The notes: a model not told the origin generated them from the letters alone. Shown: positions 8,897 to 18,064, counted from the stretch's first letter. The stretch is DNA of 43,817 nt from a virus (IMGVR_UViG_3300048893_000075:1-43817); one strand, 5' to 3'. Translations and numbers: made by a program.

Positions 8897-9415
8897 ATGA
8901 GCAACGACTGGGAGCCAGAAAGTCCACTGGCATGCGAAGAAGAACAGCGGTGGATGGCCGACCAAGCGGAGCAAGATGAAGCTGAGGCTACCCCTCCTCC
9001 AGTATTAGGAGAAGAAGACAATCCACGCCTCCAATGCGAGCGTTGCGGAAAATGGCGCAGGCTAATCACAAAGGGTGAGCAGATAATGTTTCCCTACTAC
9101 GTGGAAGGGGCTGATGGCGAGTGGGTTGACTGTCTATATGATAACCTCTGTGAGCCGTGCCGGACTGTGCTCGACCAATGCAAGAAGGAGTTCACCAAGA
9201 TTGCATTAGGCCGCGAGATCGACCGCCAACAAACCCGCTCCCAGGTATTGAGTGAGGTAGCTGAGAAAGTCATCGGCATGAATGTACTTCATGAACCTGA
9301 TTGCCCTCGATGGCAGGACGAACCGAATTGTGGCCCACAGTGCGTTTCTAAGGCTATGAATCGTATGCTTCACAAGCAGCGCATTGCCCTGGATAAGCTA
9401 GAAGAAGGTAAATAG
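8897..9415 (+). CDS. Zinc-finger hypothetical protein
   Basis: CERC...CEPC plus a C-terminal Cys/His cluster. Confidence 0.7.
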   Translation: MSNDWEPESPLACEEEQRWMADQAEQDEAEATPPPVLGEEDNPRLQCERCGKWRRLITKGEQIMFPYYVEGADGEWVDCLYDNLCEPCRTVLDQCKKEFTKIALGREIDRQQTRSQVLSEVAEKVIGMNVLHEPDCPRWQDEPNCGPQCVSKAMNRMLHKQRIALDKLEEGK

Positions 9416-9964
9416 ATGGATAAGCAAACAACAGACGAAATACGCCACATCATCCAAAGCGCCAAATACTCTGAAAAGAGCGGCATAGCAGAGGATGAGG
9501 CTGTTGCCGCTATACAGCAGATCATCAATACAGAACTTAAGGCAGAGCTAAAAGGCATCGTAGCTTTTCAGAGCGCTATGAATGACGATATGCCCTACAG
9601 CATCGGCGTAGGCCCTTATATAAAAGGCCGCCTAGCCAAGCTTGCTACCCCGCCTATACCAGAACAGAAAGAGAGTAGACCTGTAGCCATCAGTAAACAA
9701 GAATACGTCAAATTAGCAAAGGAAGTAGAAGCGATTGTAGATGAGGAGGCAGACAAGCTCGATAAGATCCTTCACGTCCAAAACGCAGTAATAGCAGTGG
9801 CAAACAGGCTTAACGAGCTTATAGCCGCCCATAACCACCATATAGAAACCTGTCACCTAGAAGTGCCACAACAACCTGTAAAATGTGGTCGATGCGCAGA
9901 ATCACCGTACTATGCGAGTGTCAAAGACCTCATGCTACACAATAAAACAGTTCACGGACTTTAA
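9416..9964 (+). CDS. Hypothetical protein with C-terminal C2H2 zinc finger
   Basis: CGRC...LMLHNKTVH. Confidence 0.7.
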   Translation: MDKQTTDEIRHIIQSAKYSEKSGIAEDEAVAAIQQIINTELKAELKGIVAFQSAMNDDMPYSIGVGPYIKGRLAKLATPPIPEQKESRPVAISKQEYVKLAKEVEAIVDEEADKLDKILHVQNAVIAVANRLNELIAAHNHHIETCHLEVPQQPVKCGRCAESPYYASVKDLMLHNKTVHGL

Positions 9965-10011
9965 AGGATTTCTTTAAAGCTGTGGATAACTAACTATAGG
10001 AATAGAAATAT

Positions 10012-10215
10012 ATGCCAGTAGATTCAAGCACTTACACAGGTGCGTACCCTAGCGTAGTAGCTGATACGACATGCCGCTGTTCAAACAGACGCTACGGCAT
10101 ACATACGGAGGGTTGCATAAGAAAGCCGGCAAAACTACATAAACCATCGCCTTGTGCGACCAAAAGACAATGGCGCAAATATGAATCAGGCAGGCTAGCC
10201 CCTCCCTCTATATAA
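10012..10215 (+). CDS. Hypothetical protein
   Basis: AGGA site; 67 aa. Confidence 0.5.
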   Translation: MPVDSSTYTGAYPSVVADTTCRCSNRRYGIHTEGCIRKPAKLHKPSPCATKRQWRKYESGRLAPPSI

Positions 10216-10230
10216 GAAAGGAAAGACGAA

Positions 10231-10446
10231 ATGTATAACACAGATAAATTGTGGTGGCTTCTGTGCGCCATAGTCGCTGTATTCATATGTCTTTGGATAA
10301 CTATAGGAGCTCTAAACTCTATACTCGATAACACACGACATTCACCTGATAAGTTCGAGAGCGCCCACCAACAGTGCATAGATCAGGGCGGTGTGCCAAT
10401 ATATGATGGACACAAGATGGAGGACTGCAAGAGACTGGGGGACTAA
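10231..10446 (+). CDS. Small membrane-anchored protein
   Basis: N-terminal hydrophobic segment; C..QGG.P....C motif. Confidence 0.65.
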   Translation: MYNTDKLWWLLCAIVAVFICLWITIGALNSILDNTRHSPDKFESAHQQCIDQGGVPIYDGHKMEDCKRLGD

Positions 10447-10601
10447 TGCTTGATACGATAACCCTGCTACAATAAGCGAATGAACAATAGAAGGAAAAAA
10501 GATGCCTAAATGCCACATATGTAACACAATCGGCTGGATGCCAAGTGACATCGATCTACACATCAAAAGCCACGGTACGAAGCCTAATAAGTAACAGGAA
10601 A

Positions 10602-10761
10602 TGGTATAATATAAGCACCGTAACTCATACGTGTTCTATGGTTGTACGTCACCTCGAAAGGGGTACTGGCTCTACCAGGTAACTCAGGCTCAAGCTAGAT
10701 ACCGATGAAAGTCTAGCAACTGAATCACCCCGCGTTAGCTCAAGCTTCAGCGGGGCTTTTT
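10602..10761 (+). ncRNA. Promoter- and terminator-bounded multi-hairpin small RNA or attenuated leader
   Basis: TGGTATAAT 10602-10610; hairpins CCTC-GAAA-GGGG and GCTAGA/TCTAGC; CCCCGC/GCGGGG followed by a T run. Confidence 0.5.
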
Positions 10762-10935
10762 GTTAAATCCCAGTCACATAAAATGATACATCCCAAACCA
10801 AGAACAACAGGGGTAGATGTTAAATGTTACTTACATGGCAGTTACATAACGTAAACAAAAACCCCAAAACAGTTCACATTCACTACAAAGATGTGAACTG
10901 TTTCAAAGTAAACTAATATGGAGGATACTTAGCAT

Positions 10936-11214
10936 ATGAGCGAAGATAAAACCGTTCGAGGCAGTAACATTGCGCAGGATGACCATTTCCACCTCCGTGA
11001 GTACGGCGATGCATTTGGCTTCACACTACCAGCCGACACAAAGCTACTGGCTCCAAAGGAAAAGCCAAAACTATGCATATACTGCAACGCACCTTGGACG
11101 GAACGCATGGAAACAATCTATATAGAGTCCGGTTATTGCGAGAGTTGTTACGATAGCGAAGCGACTAATGTAATCGTCTGCGATAAGTGTAATAGAATTG
11201 TATATGCCAAGTGA
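10936..11214 (+). CDS. Zinc-ribbon protein
   Basis: CIYC, CESC and CDKC; GGAGG site. Confidence 0.7.
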   Translation: MSEDKTVRGSNIAQDDHFHLREYGDAFGFTLPADTKLLAPKEKPKLCIYCNAPWTERMETIYIESGYCESCYDSEATNVIVCDKCNRIVYAK

Positions 11215-11236
11215 GAGGCTAGGAGCTACTACGTAT

Positions 11237-11428
11237 ATGAGCAAAGAAGAACTGCCAAAGATCATTCACATTGAGCATAGGGACATAGGCGGCAGCATGT
11301 TTGTCTGTTTATACGATGATAAGGGCAACAAATACCTTAAACTTGAGGAGCCAAAGCTAGACTTTACACCTAGGTTTACTGATGCAGACGCAAAGACACC
11401 ACTTTGCCCCCATCTTTATACCATATAG
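11237..11428 (+). CDS. Hypothetical protein
   Basis: AGGAG site before ATG 11237. Confidence 0.55.
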   Translation: MSKEELPKIIHIEHRDIGGSMFVCLYDDKGNKYLKLEEPKLDFTPRFTDADAKTPLCPHLYTI

Positions 11429-11578
11429 AGCATAAATCTAGGGCTTTCAACAACCTCAGTGCTTCAAAAGACGCGGAAACACTTATAGCGTATATCACAA
11501 CCAGCATCAGCTATAATAAATAGCGTACAAAGTTCCATAAGTTTGATATTCCTTTTGTTGTTAGGCTATACTAACAGA

Positions 11579-11708
11579 GTCTAGACTGAAAATAACCATA
11601 GTGCCCTTTAGGGCGGCTTGTACTCGAAAAGGGGCAACCGCCTATAAAGATAGTGAGCGCAAGCTTGTTATTTCGGTCTAGACAATCGTAGAGCGGTTGT
11701 CCTTTTTT
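11579..11708 (+). ncRNA. Stem-closed small RNA with its own promoter and terminator
   Basis: TTGATA(11543)-18 bp-TATACT(11567); GTCTAGACTGAAAATAAC pairs with GTTATTTCGGTCTAGAC; GACAATCG/CGGTTGTC hairpin plus T6. Confidence 0.55.
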
Positions 11709-11756
11709 ATTTATGGACACCAGATAATACCAAACCAAATCAAAGAGGTGTCCAGT

Positions 11757-11969
11757 ATGAAGATTGTACGTTTGTCAGGTATGAGTTTCCGATTTACCGC
11801 AGAGAATACAGAAGACGTAGCAGAGGCATTCCATATCTCCCATAAGCTACAGCGTGGAGAGACCTATACATTTGATTGTGAAGGAAAGACATACAATATG
11901 TTAGGCATTGATCATGAAACGTTTGAATCAGATGACCTAAACTATTTAGTAACGGCAGTGAAGGCGTAA
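11757..11969 (+). CDS. Hypothetical protein
   Basis: GAGGTG site before ATG 11757; followed by a terminator at about 11991-12016. Confidence 0.65.
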   Translation: MKIVRLSGMSFRFTAENTEDVAEAFHISHKLQRGETYTFDCEGKTYNMLGIDHETFESDDLNYLVTAVKA

Positions 11970-12069
11970 GGTTGGAAAAACAAAAACAGGAGAGGCGGCT
12001 TAACGGCCGTCTTTTTGTATGGCTATAGTATAGTATAATAGAAGCAACACAGGCTGGTAGGGAGACACA

Positions 12070-12204
12070 ATGTCTTACACCACAATTACAGTCCTACCAA
12101 ATGGTAACGGCTACACACTATTTACTATATCCAGTAACGGTATTGTCTGGGCTTATAACTCACAACGGCGCTGCTGGATAGAACACAGTAGGTTGCCAAA
12201 ATAA
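12070..12204 (+). CDS. Small hypothetical protein (44 aa) in its own transcription unit
   Basis: TATAAT upstream, GGAG site, and terminator GCGGAG/CTCCGC plus T run downstream. Confidence 0.5.
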   Translation: MSYTTITVLPNGNGYTLFTISSNGIVWAYNSQRRCWIEHSRLPK

Positions 12205-12248
12205 GGGAAGCGGAGCTAACTACTCCGCTTTTTCTATGCACCGTAAAA

Positions 12249-12443
12249 TGGTATAATGTACCTAACAAAAGGGTCCGGTGCAAATAGACTTGTAGCGAGG
12301 TGTGTTAACCACATCTTTGCACTTTTTTAGTGCACCGTCCCCCATATTGTTGCGGGAAGCTTAATGCTTCTCGCTATGAGTCTCTATACGAAAATCACAA
12401 ACAAGCCAAGGGCGAAACGGTACGCTTCGGTTAAGGGTATCTA
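12249..12443 (+). promoter_or_regulatory. Extended -10 promoter and structured leader of the packaging operon
   Basis: TGGTATAAT 12249-12257; crossing helices 12276-12282/12331-12337 and 12286-12299/12370-12383. Confidence 0.6.
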
Positions 12444-12821
12444 ATGGCAAGTAAGGCACCCAAGATAACAGTCAAACAGGCAAAGTTTGTTAAGGGAATC
12501 GCTGAGGGTAAAAAGAAGCGCGATGCAGCACGTGATGCTGGATACTCAGGCAGCCCTGAGACTCTATCCGTTACAGCCAGCGAGGTACTAAGAAAGCCTA
12601 ATGTGCAAGAGGCGTTGCAGTCAGAGCTTGAAAAACAAGGTATTACCCTTGAAAAGATCATAAAGCCAATTACTAATGCTTTAAACAGCGACAGTGTTGA
12701 AACACAACTTAAAGGTCACGACCGTGCAATGAGAATTGTTGCGCCTCGTATGGACACGCCTACCTTTAATTTTAATTTCGGTACTGTCGTAAATGGTGAT
12801 AGGGAAAAGTATGGAATATAA
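12444..12821 (+). CDS. terS: Terminase small subunit
   Basis: T.KQ.KF...AARDAGYS.......ASE.L.KP.V helix-turn-helix signature; directly upstream of TerL. Confidence 0.88.
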   Translation: MASKAPKITVKQAKFVKGIAEGKKKRDAARDAGYSGSPETLSVTASEVLRKPNVQEALQSELEKQGITLEKIIKPITNALNSDSVETQLKGHDRAMRIVAPRMDTPTFNFNFGTVVNGDREKYGI

Positions 12822-13713
12822 ACCATACAAAGGCCTGAATTCCCTACAGAATAATGAGCCTAGGGGCCATACAGGCTTTAACTGGCGCGGTTACAGCGAC
12901 TTTATGTCTGACCGCTTCACTATTGTGGACAAAAAGAAGCAAGAGGTGCCATTCACACAGCAGCCCGCACAAGATGACTTCTTGTACTGGATGAGTGTTT
13001 ACTTAAATATCTTGATTCTCAAGGCTCGCAAGATGGGCTTTAGTTCTACCGCTCTAGGTGTAGGTACGACCAAGTTTATAAATGGCAAGAATGAAAAATG
13101 TGTCTCTATGTCTTTTGATGCCGATGCTTCGGTTAAACAGCTGGCGAGAGCTAAGCATTACATTAAGAGCTATGAGCGCAAGAAATCCCTGGAACTACAA
13201 CAAGAGTTTAAACTACCACTCAAATACAATTCAAAGAAAGAGTTGGTACTTGAATGCAAAGACGAGGAAACGGGTGAGGAGTGGATTAATACATTGCGTG
13301 TCGGTACGGCCAAGTCTACCTCTTTTGGACGTGGTGATGACATTACATTCTTGCACCTTACAGAGGTTGCATTTTGTGATGATGTAGAGGTGTTGCTGGC
13401 TGGTGTGGGCGAGGCATTAGTAGATGGTGCACATACTATATTTGAAACAACTGCTAATGGATTTAATTCATATAAGGCGTTCTGGGATGCCGCAATTCTA
13501 AACAAGAAGGGTTTTGCTGCGCTATTCTATTCGCCCATGTGGGAGTACGACCAAGAGTATTTAGACAACCGCGAGAAGAAGCTAGGCAGACTATTTACGC
13601 AAGAGTATCCAATGACCCCACAAGACGCGTTCCTTACATCTGGCTTACCCTACTTTGATACATACGCGATGCGCGACTACCTCAAGAGAGTACAGAAAGC
13701 TATGGCTCTATGA
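12811..13713 (+). CDS. terL: Terminase large subunit, ATPase half
   Basis: Walker A LKARKMGFSS, Walker B LHLTEVAF, coupling motif ETTANG; alternative start 12793. Confidence 0.9.
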   Translation: MEYKPYKGLNSLQNNEPRGHTGFNWRGYSDFMSDRFTIVDKKKQEVPFTQQPAQDDFLYWMSVYLNILILKARKMGFSSTALGVGTTKFINGKNEKCVSMSFDADASVKQLARAKHYIKSYERKKSLELQQEFKLPLKYNSKKELVLECKDEETGEEWINTLRVGTAKSTSFGRGDDITFLHLTEVAFCDDVEVLLAGVGEALVDGAHTIFETTANGFNSYKAFWDAAILNKKGFAALFYSPMWEYDQEYLDNREKKLGRLFTQEYPMTPQDAFLTSGLPYFDTYAMRDYLKRVQKAMAL

Positions 13714-14459
13714 ATCCGCTAGATAAAGACATGTTTAGGCAATACAGGGAGTTACGTAAGGGCGAGTTTATTATCGTGTTCGTAGATACAGCCGGGGAAG
13801 GTAGCGACTGGAATGCCGCCCACTTCTTGAGTAGGGAAGCCTTAGACATACCCATAGTGCTGCACTATGAAGGCTCGATAGTCGATGTGACCCCGAAGCT
13901 CAAGAATGCCCTGGAATGGATACACGACCAGACTGGTATCAAGCCAGTGGTAGCATACGAGACAAACAACGGTGGTGGCTACGAGCTTGAACGGCTGGCC
14001 AGGCTTAACAAATACGAGAAGTTTATAATATACCGCCAATACAAACTTGACGAACACGGCAAATTAAAGCGCAGTGACAAATTGGGCTGGAATACTAATT
14101 CAGCTACGCGCCCGGCAATGTTGTCAGGAGTGGAAGACCTAATTAATAACATGCTCGTGACTATCTATGATGAACCTACAGTTAACGAGATGTTCAGCTT
14201 TGTAAAGCACAAAACCCCGAGCGGTTGGCGGGCCGAGGCAGAAGAAGGCTCGACTGACGACCTTATTCTATCGCTCGCTGGAGTATGGCAATTGTACCAG
14301 ACAGAGAAACCGCAGCCCAATGGGCAGACAGGCGGTCGTGTAGTAAGAACCAACGTGAACAACGGCCGTATGCCCCCCATGACAGTTAACCCCGATGGAA
14401 CAATGAGATTAAATCTAGACTTTAGGAGAGCACATGCTAAAAAGTCCTTTCGCCGATAA
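13710..14459 (+). CDS. terL: Terminase large subunit, RNase H-like nuclease half
   Basis: FVDTAGEGSD, YETNNGG, GW.TN..TRP, DDLILSLA motifs. Confidence 0.88.
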   Translation: MNPLDKDMFRQYRELRKGEFIIVFVDTAGEGSDWNAAHFLSREALDIPIVLHYEGSIVDVTPKLKNALEWIHDQTGIKPVVAYETNNGGGYELERLARLNKYEKFIIYRQYKLDEHGKLKRSDKLGWNTNSATRPAMLSGVEDLINNMLVTIYDEPTVNEMFSFVKHKTPSGWRAEAEEGSTDDLILSLAGVWQLYQTEKPQPNGQTGGRVVRTNVNNGRMPPMTVNPDGTMRLNLDFRRAHAKKSFRR

Positions 14460-14931
14460 GCCTATATCCTTATCGCTACGTGCAATAGACGGTATGCGCT
14501 ACCGACTCATTAGCTGCTTTGAGTGCGGCAGGGAAGTGTTGGAGCGTAATGGCGACCAGATATTTCGCCTAGGGGTTAATGACATGCCTGGCGAGGTTCA
14601 TGTAGGCTCTGATGGCCAAATACGCTCGCACTGTGGCAAGTGTTCCCAACAGTACATCGTATCCATTGCTATGCAAGTAGAACGCGGCAAGATCACTATG
14701 GAGCTAAACAAGCAGCCCCAGACTATCTATGTGACAGCTGAGGCAACCAAACAACTACGTGACGTTTATTGCTATGAGTGCGGCAAGGCATTCTTTAGCA
14801 TCAGTGACCGCATTACGTCCGTAGTTGATGACATAGTACCGCTGAATATGATTGAGCAAACCAGGATCGGCCCTTTAGAGGCTCGGTGTAGGTTTCAGCA
14901 TTGTAAGCAAAGGTTTCACGTTAGGGTTTAA
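14434..14931 (+). CDS. Tandem zinc-ribbon protein (Mu Com-like repeats)
   Basis: Two repeats: CFECGR...CGKC and CYECGK...CRFQHC. Confidence 0.6.
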   Translation: MLKSPFADKPISLSLRAIDGMRYRLISCFECGREVLERNGDQIFRLGVNDMPGEVHVGSDGQIRSHCGKCSQQYIVSIAMQVERGKITMELNKQPQTIYVTAEATKQLRDVYCYECGKAFFSISDRITSVVDDIVPLNMIEQTRIGPLEARCRFQHCKQRFHVRV

Positions 14932-14944
14932 AAGGAGATGAGAC

Positions 14945-15331
14945 ATGTTAGCAAATAAATACCACAATGAGATAGTTTTTAGTAAATATCGTAAAGAGAA
15001 TGTACGGCCAGTCGCTAATGATGAATGGAGTGCTGAGGTGTTGATGGCCTACGCTGTATTGTATCTTGTGTCACCCTTGGACGAATCACAGCCAGACGCT
15101 ATGCCTAAGTCCATTGGCTGGCGAATACAAACCATACTACCCGTGGGTGCTGATAACACACTAAAACGTGCTGGATTGACTTACGCAAAGAACCGTCTTA
15201 TCCAGGAATTTGATCTTGATACCGCATTGAACAATGAGGATATCGAGATGAGTGAGTATGAAAAGTCATGCCTAGAATCTTTTGGGTTTCCAGGCATGAC
15301 CAGCGACATTCATGAAGCGATTAAGGAGTAA
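14945..15331 (+). CDS. Hypothetical protein
   Basis: AAGGAG site. Confidence 0.75.
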   Translation: MLANKYHNEIVFSKYRKENVRPVANDEWSAEVLMAYAVLYLVSPLDESQPDAMPKSIGWRIQTILPVGADNTLKRAGLTYAKNRLIQEFDLDTALNNEDIEMSEYEKSCLESFGFPGMTSDIHEAIKE

Positions 15332-15334
15332 AGC

Positions 15335-15649
15335 ATGTATAAACCACACTTCAACCACGTACTAGTGGAGTTAGAAATAGATAAATGGGCCAGGGGTAGC
15401 GACGATAGCTTTGGCGGCGAGGTATATCGGGAGGGGAAGGTTACTGATGTTGGGGGCATAATGTCCGTTCGAGATTACCCTGTACCAGATGAAGATCTTG
15501 GAGATATTCGACAGTACTTTTTGGATATGATTGGCAAAACCATCATGTGGAACGAAGGCCACGAAGCAGGCAAGGTGTTCGAGCATGACGGTAAGAAGTA
15601 CGCGCTCATTTACTGGTGGGATATTGTAGGCGTTAAAGATGAGCAATAA
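15335..15649 (+). CDS. groES: GroES-like co-chaperonin
   Basis: KP.FNHVLVE, EGKV.DVG, IGK.IMW, DGKKYALI...DIVGV follow the GroES strand pattern; lies upstream of GroEL. Confidence 0.75.
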   Translation: MYKPHFNHVLVELEIDKWARGSDDSFGGEVYREGKVTDVGGIMSVRDYPVPDEDLGDIRQYFLDMIGKTIMWNEGHEAGKVFEHDGKKYALIYWWDIVGVKDEQ

Positions 15650-15794
15650 ACAAGCTAGAGCCACTAACCGAGTCATCCTGAAAGCAATAACCGTAACCCT
15701 GGAGAATGGCACGGAACTTAACCTAGACATTCACAGGGTTGATCTAATAGACAAGAGTACAAAGAAAAGATTATTTAAACTGGAGAGCAAGTGA
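15639..15794 (+). CDS. Small hypothetical protein (51 aa, not in ORF track)
   Basis: MSNKQARATNRVILKAITV...; overlaps both neighbouring genes. Confidence 0.55.
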   Translation: MSNKQARATNRVILKAITVTLENGTELNLDIHRVDLIDKSTKKRLFKLESK

Positions 15795-17377
15795 TGCAAG
15801 ATAAGACCGTAGATATTCAATTTGATGCAAATGCACACCGCGAAATAGCCCGGGGTGTTGAAATGATCAGCAAGGCGGTGGCTTCAACATATGGCCCTGG
15901 TGGCCGTACCGTGCTTATCAAGAAGCGCTATGTTGACCCAATGACTACTCGTGACGGTGTGACAGTAGCCCTTAACATTGCTGGCCCTGGCAAGAAGCTA
16001 GACACTGAACTAGCTACCATGGGTGCAAAACTCGTATACCAAGCAAGCAACAAGACTGCTAAAACTGCTGGTGACGGCACAACTGCAACTACCATTCTTA
16101 TGGCCGAACTATACAAATCAGGCTATAAGCAAATCGTAGCCGGCACGGATGCAACCGAAGTCGTAGCTAGTCTGAACAAAGACCGCGACACTATTGTTAA
16201 GTATGTTGAATCCAAGTCTAAGAAGTGTGATAAAAAGATGCTCGATCAGGTAGCTACTATCTCATGCCGTGACGATCAGCTAGGCCAGATGATCAGTGAC
16301 TTAGTGTGGGATGTTGGCGCAGACGGTGCTATTAACCTGGAATATCAGAACGCTCCACTTGTTGAAGTAGACAAGATAACTGGCTATATGTTTAGCAGCG
16401 GCTTCAAAGACCTTACAGCACGCGCAATACTAGGCGACCCGACTATACTTGTCACGCAAAAACCTTTGCGCTCACGTTCTGATATACTCCCCTTACTCGA
16501 CCTGCTTATCAAACAAGACAACCCATCTGTCATTATCGGCGACGTATCGAGTGCAGCTTACGAAACACTGCTATGGGCACTCAGCAACGATATTAATCTA
16601 GAGGATGGTTCGGTACGCCGTCTGACGTGCTTGGTGGTGCCTCCCCCTGCATATGGCAGCGATGGGCATGACTACTTTGAAGATATTGCTACGTATACAG
16701 GCGCACGGCTCATACTAGAGTCTGACGAGTTCAAGCAGGTTACATCTGCCCACTTCGGCACAGCTAAGGGCGCTATTATCGAGCGCCACAAGGCCGTGAT
16801 CTTTGGCGACAACAAAACTGGCGACGAGATAGCTGAGCGCATTAAGACTATTAAAACTCTAATGGCTGACACCGACATTAGCCCTAGCCAAAAAGAAGCA
16901 TACGAGCAGCGTTTAGCTAAGCTGGCTGGCAAGGTGTCCATCCTCAAGATCGGTGCCGCAACCGATGTAGAGCGTGAGGAGTTATTCTTTAGGGTTGAGG
17001 ATGCAGTAGAGGCTTGCAAGTCAGCATTAAGCAGTGGTGTCGTTGCTGGTGGTGCTACTACCTTACTGTTTGCTAGTCAGCTAGAGATTGAGCGGTTCGT
17101 AAGTGACGCACTACAAAAGCCATTCAAGCTACTCATGGAACATTCAGCAGAAGATAGCGGCCTACGCAAGCAGCAGATTCTAAAGGCTGGCTATGGCAAA
17201 GGCTTCAACCTGAAAGCTATGACCGATGAGCCTACTGATCTTAATGAAAGCGGCGTAGTTGACCCAACCAAGGTTGTATTACAGACAGTCAAGAATGCGT
17301 TTGCTAACGCCGGGGCTTTGCTTACTATGGGCACTACTATTACAGAGGTTGAAGAAGATGAAGCTACCAATAAATAA
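15794..17377 (+). CDS. groEL: GroEL-like chaperonin
   Basis: YGPGG, TRDGVTVA, AGDGTT, RLAKLAG, RVEDAV, GVVAGG, GVVDPTKV. Confidence 0.95.
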   Translation: MQDKTVDIQFDANAHREIARGVEMISKAVASTYGPGGRTVLIKKRYVDPMTTRDGVTVALNIAGPGKKLDTELATMGAKLVYQASNKTAKTAGDGTTATTILMAELYKSGYKQIVAGTDATEVVASLNKDRDTIVKYVESKSKKCDKKMLDQVATISCRDDQLGQMISDLVWDVGADGAINLEYQNAPLVEVDKITGYMFSSGFKDLTARAILGDPTILVTQKPLRSRSDILPLLDLLIKQDNPSVIIGDVSSAAYETLLWALSNDINLEDGSVRRLTCLVVPPPAYGSDGHDYFEDIATYTGARLILESDEFKQVTSAHFGTAKGAIIERHKAVIFGDNKTGDEIAERIKTIKTLMADTDISPSQKEAYEQRLAKLAGKVSILKIGAATDVEREELFFRVEDAVEACKSALSSGVVAGGATTLLFASQLEIERFVSDALQKPFKLLMEHSAEDSGLRKQQILKAGYGKGFNLKAMTDEPTDLNESGVVDPTKVVLQTVKNAFANAGALLTMGTTITEVEEDEATNK

Positions 17378-17624
17378 GCAGTGGTGGCAGTTCTGGTTGC
17401 CTAGGTACGCTGATATAGATGCCAGCATAGTTGAAAACGCGATTACGCCAAAGAGACTGGACAGCATCCTAAAAGGCGAGCAGTTGCAAGGCCGGGTGGT
17501 TAAGTCTTTTTCTCCACCCGCCTACGACCCAAAGCATGTAACCCGCAAAGGTGGCAAGGTGTTGAAGATTATGCCCCGGCAATTGAAGAAAATTAAAGAG
17601 GCGCAGGAAATTCATGACCTGTAG
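17358..17624 (+). CDS. Hypothetical protein
   Basis: ATG 17358 overlaps the groEL end. Confidence 0.6.
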   Translation: MKLPINKQWWQFWLPRYADIDASIVENAITPKRLDSILKGEQLQGRVVKSFSPPAYDPKHVTRKGGKVLKIMPRQLKKIKEAQEIHDL

Positions 17625-17901
17625 TGAGTGTGGCCAATGCGAACCCGTAAGTGTTTACATAGATGGCAAGTACTACCCAAATATGTGCGCCAGCAAACGC
17701 CTTGAAGTAGTCACGGATGGTAGGCCGCTAGGTTCGATTGCCAGCTTCGACCGCCGCAGGCAATACGAAGAACACGCACAGGATACAGTGCAGCCATACA
17801 ATGCTATCGGCCCTAACGCAGAGTTTTATAGGCTGTACCCCAAACAAGCTGAAAAGATATTTACTAAGGATGAGCTAGAATACGTTAAAAGACAGCTCTA
17901 G
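17614..17901 (+). CDS. Hypothetical protein with N-terminal CxxC
   Basis: AGGA site; 95 aa. Confidence 0.7.
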   Translation: MTCSECGQCEPVSVYIDGKYYPNMCASKRLEVVTDGRPLGSIASFDRRRQYEEHAQDTVQPYNAIGPNAEFYRLYPKQAEKIFTKDELEYVKRQL

Positions 17902-17903
17902 TA

Positions 17904-17992
17904 TGGTATAATGTAGTTACATAGAAACGGAGATGGTACTAGCTTAAGCAACCCGAAGTACCACCCAGGCACAGGCCTGGGTTTTCTTTTTT
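17904..17992 (+). promoter_or_regulatory. Promoter, short hairpin RNA and terminator
   Basis: TGGTATAAT; TGGTACT/AGTACCA; CCCAGG/CCTGGG plus T run. Confidence 0.55.
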
Positions 17993-17994
17993 CG

Positions 17995-18058
17995 TGGTAT
18001 AATACCAGCAAGCAGCTTATTACAGCTCTCAAGTCTTAATTGACTTGGGGGCTTTTTT
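17995..18058 (+). promoter_or_regulatory. Late promoter-leader-terminator unit (portal)
   Basis: TGGTATAAT-N7-AGCAGCTTATTACAGCTCTC, hairpin, GGGGGCTTTTTT. Confidence 0.75.
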
Positions 18059-18064
18059 ATTTAT

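Noticed and set aside
12271-12383. HDV-like ribozyme
   Set aside because: The helix order is similar, but the P1.1 GG, L3 sequence and catalytic J4/2 features are missing
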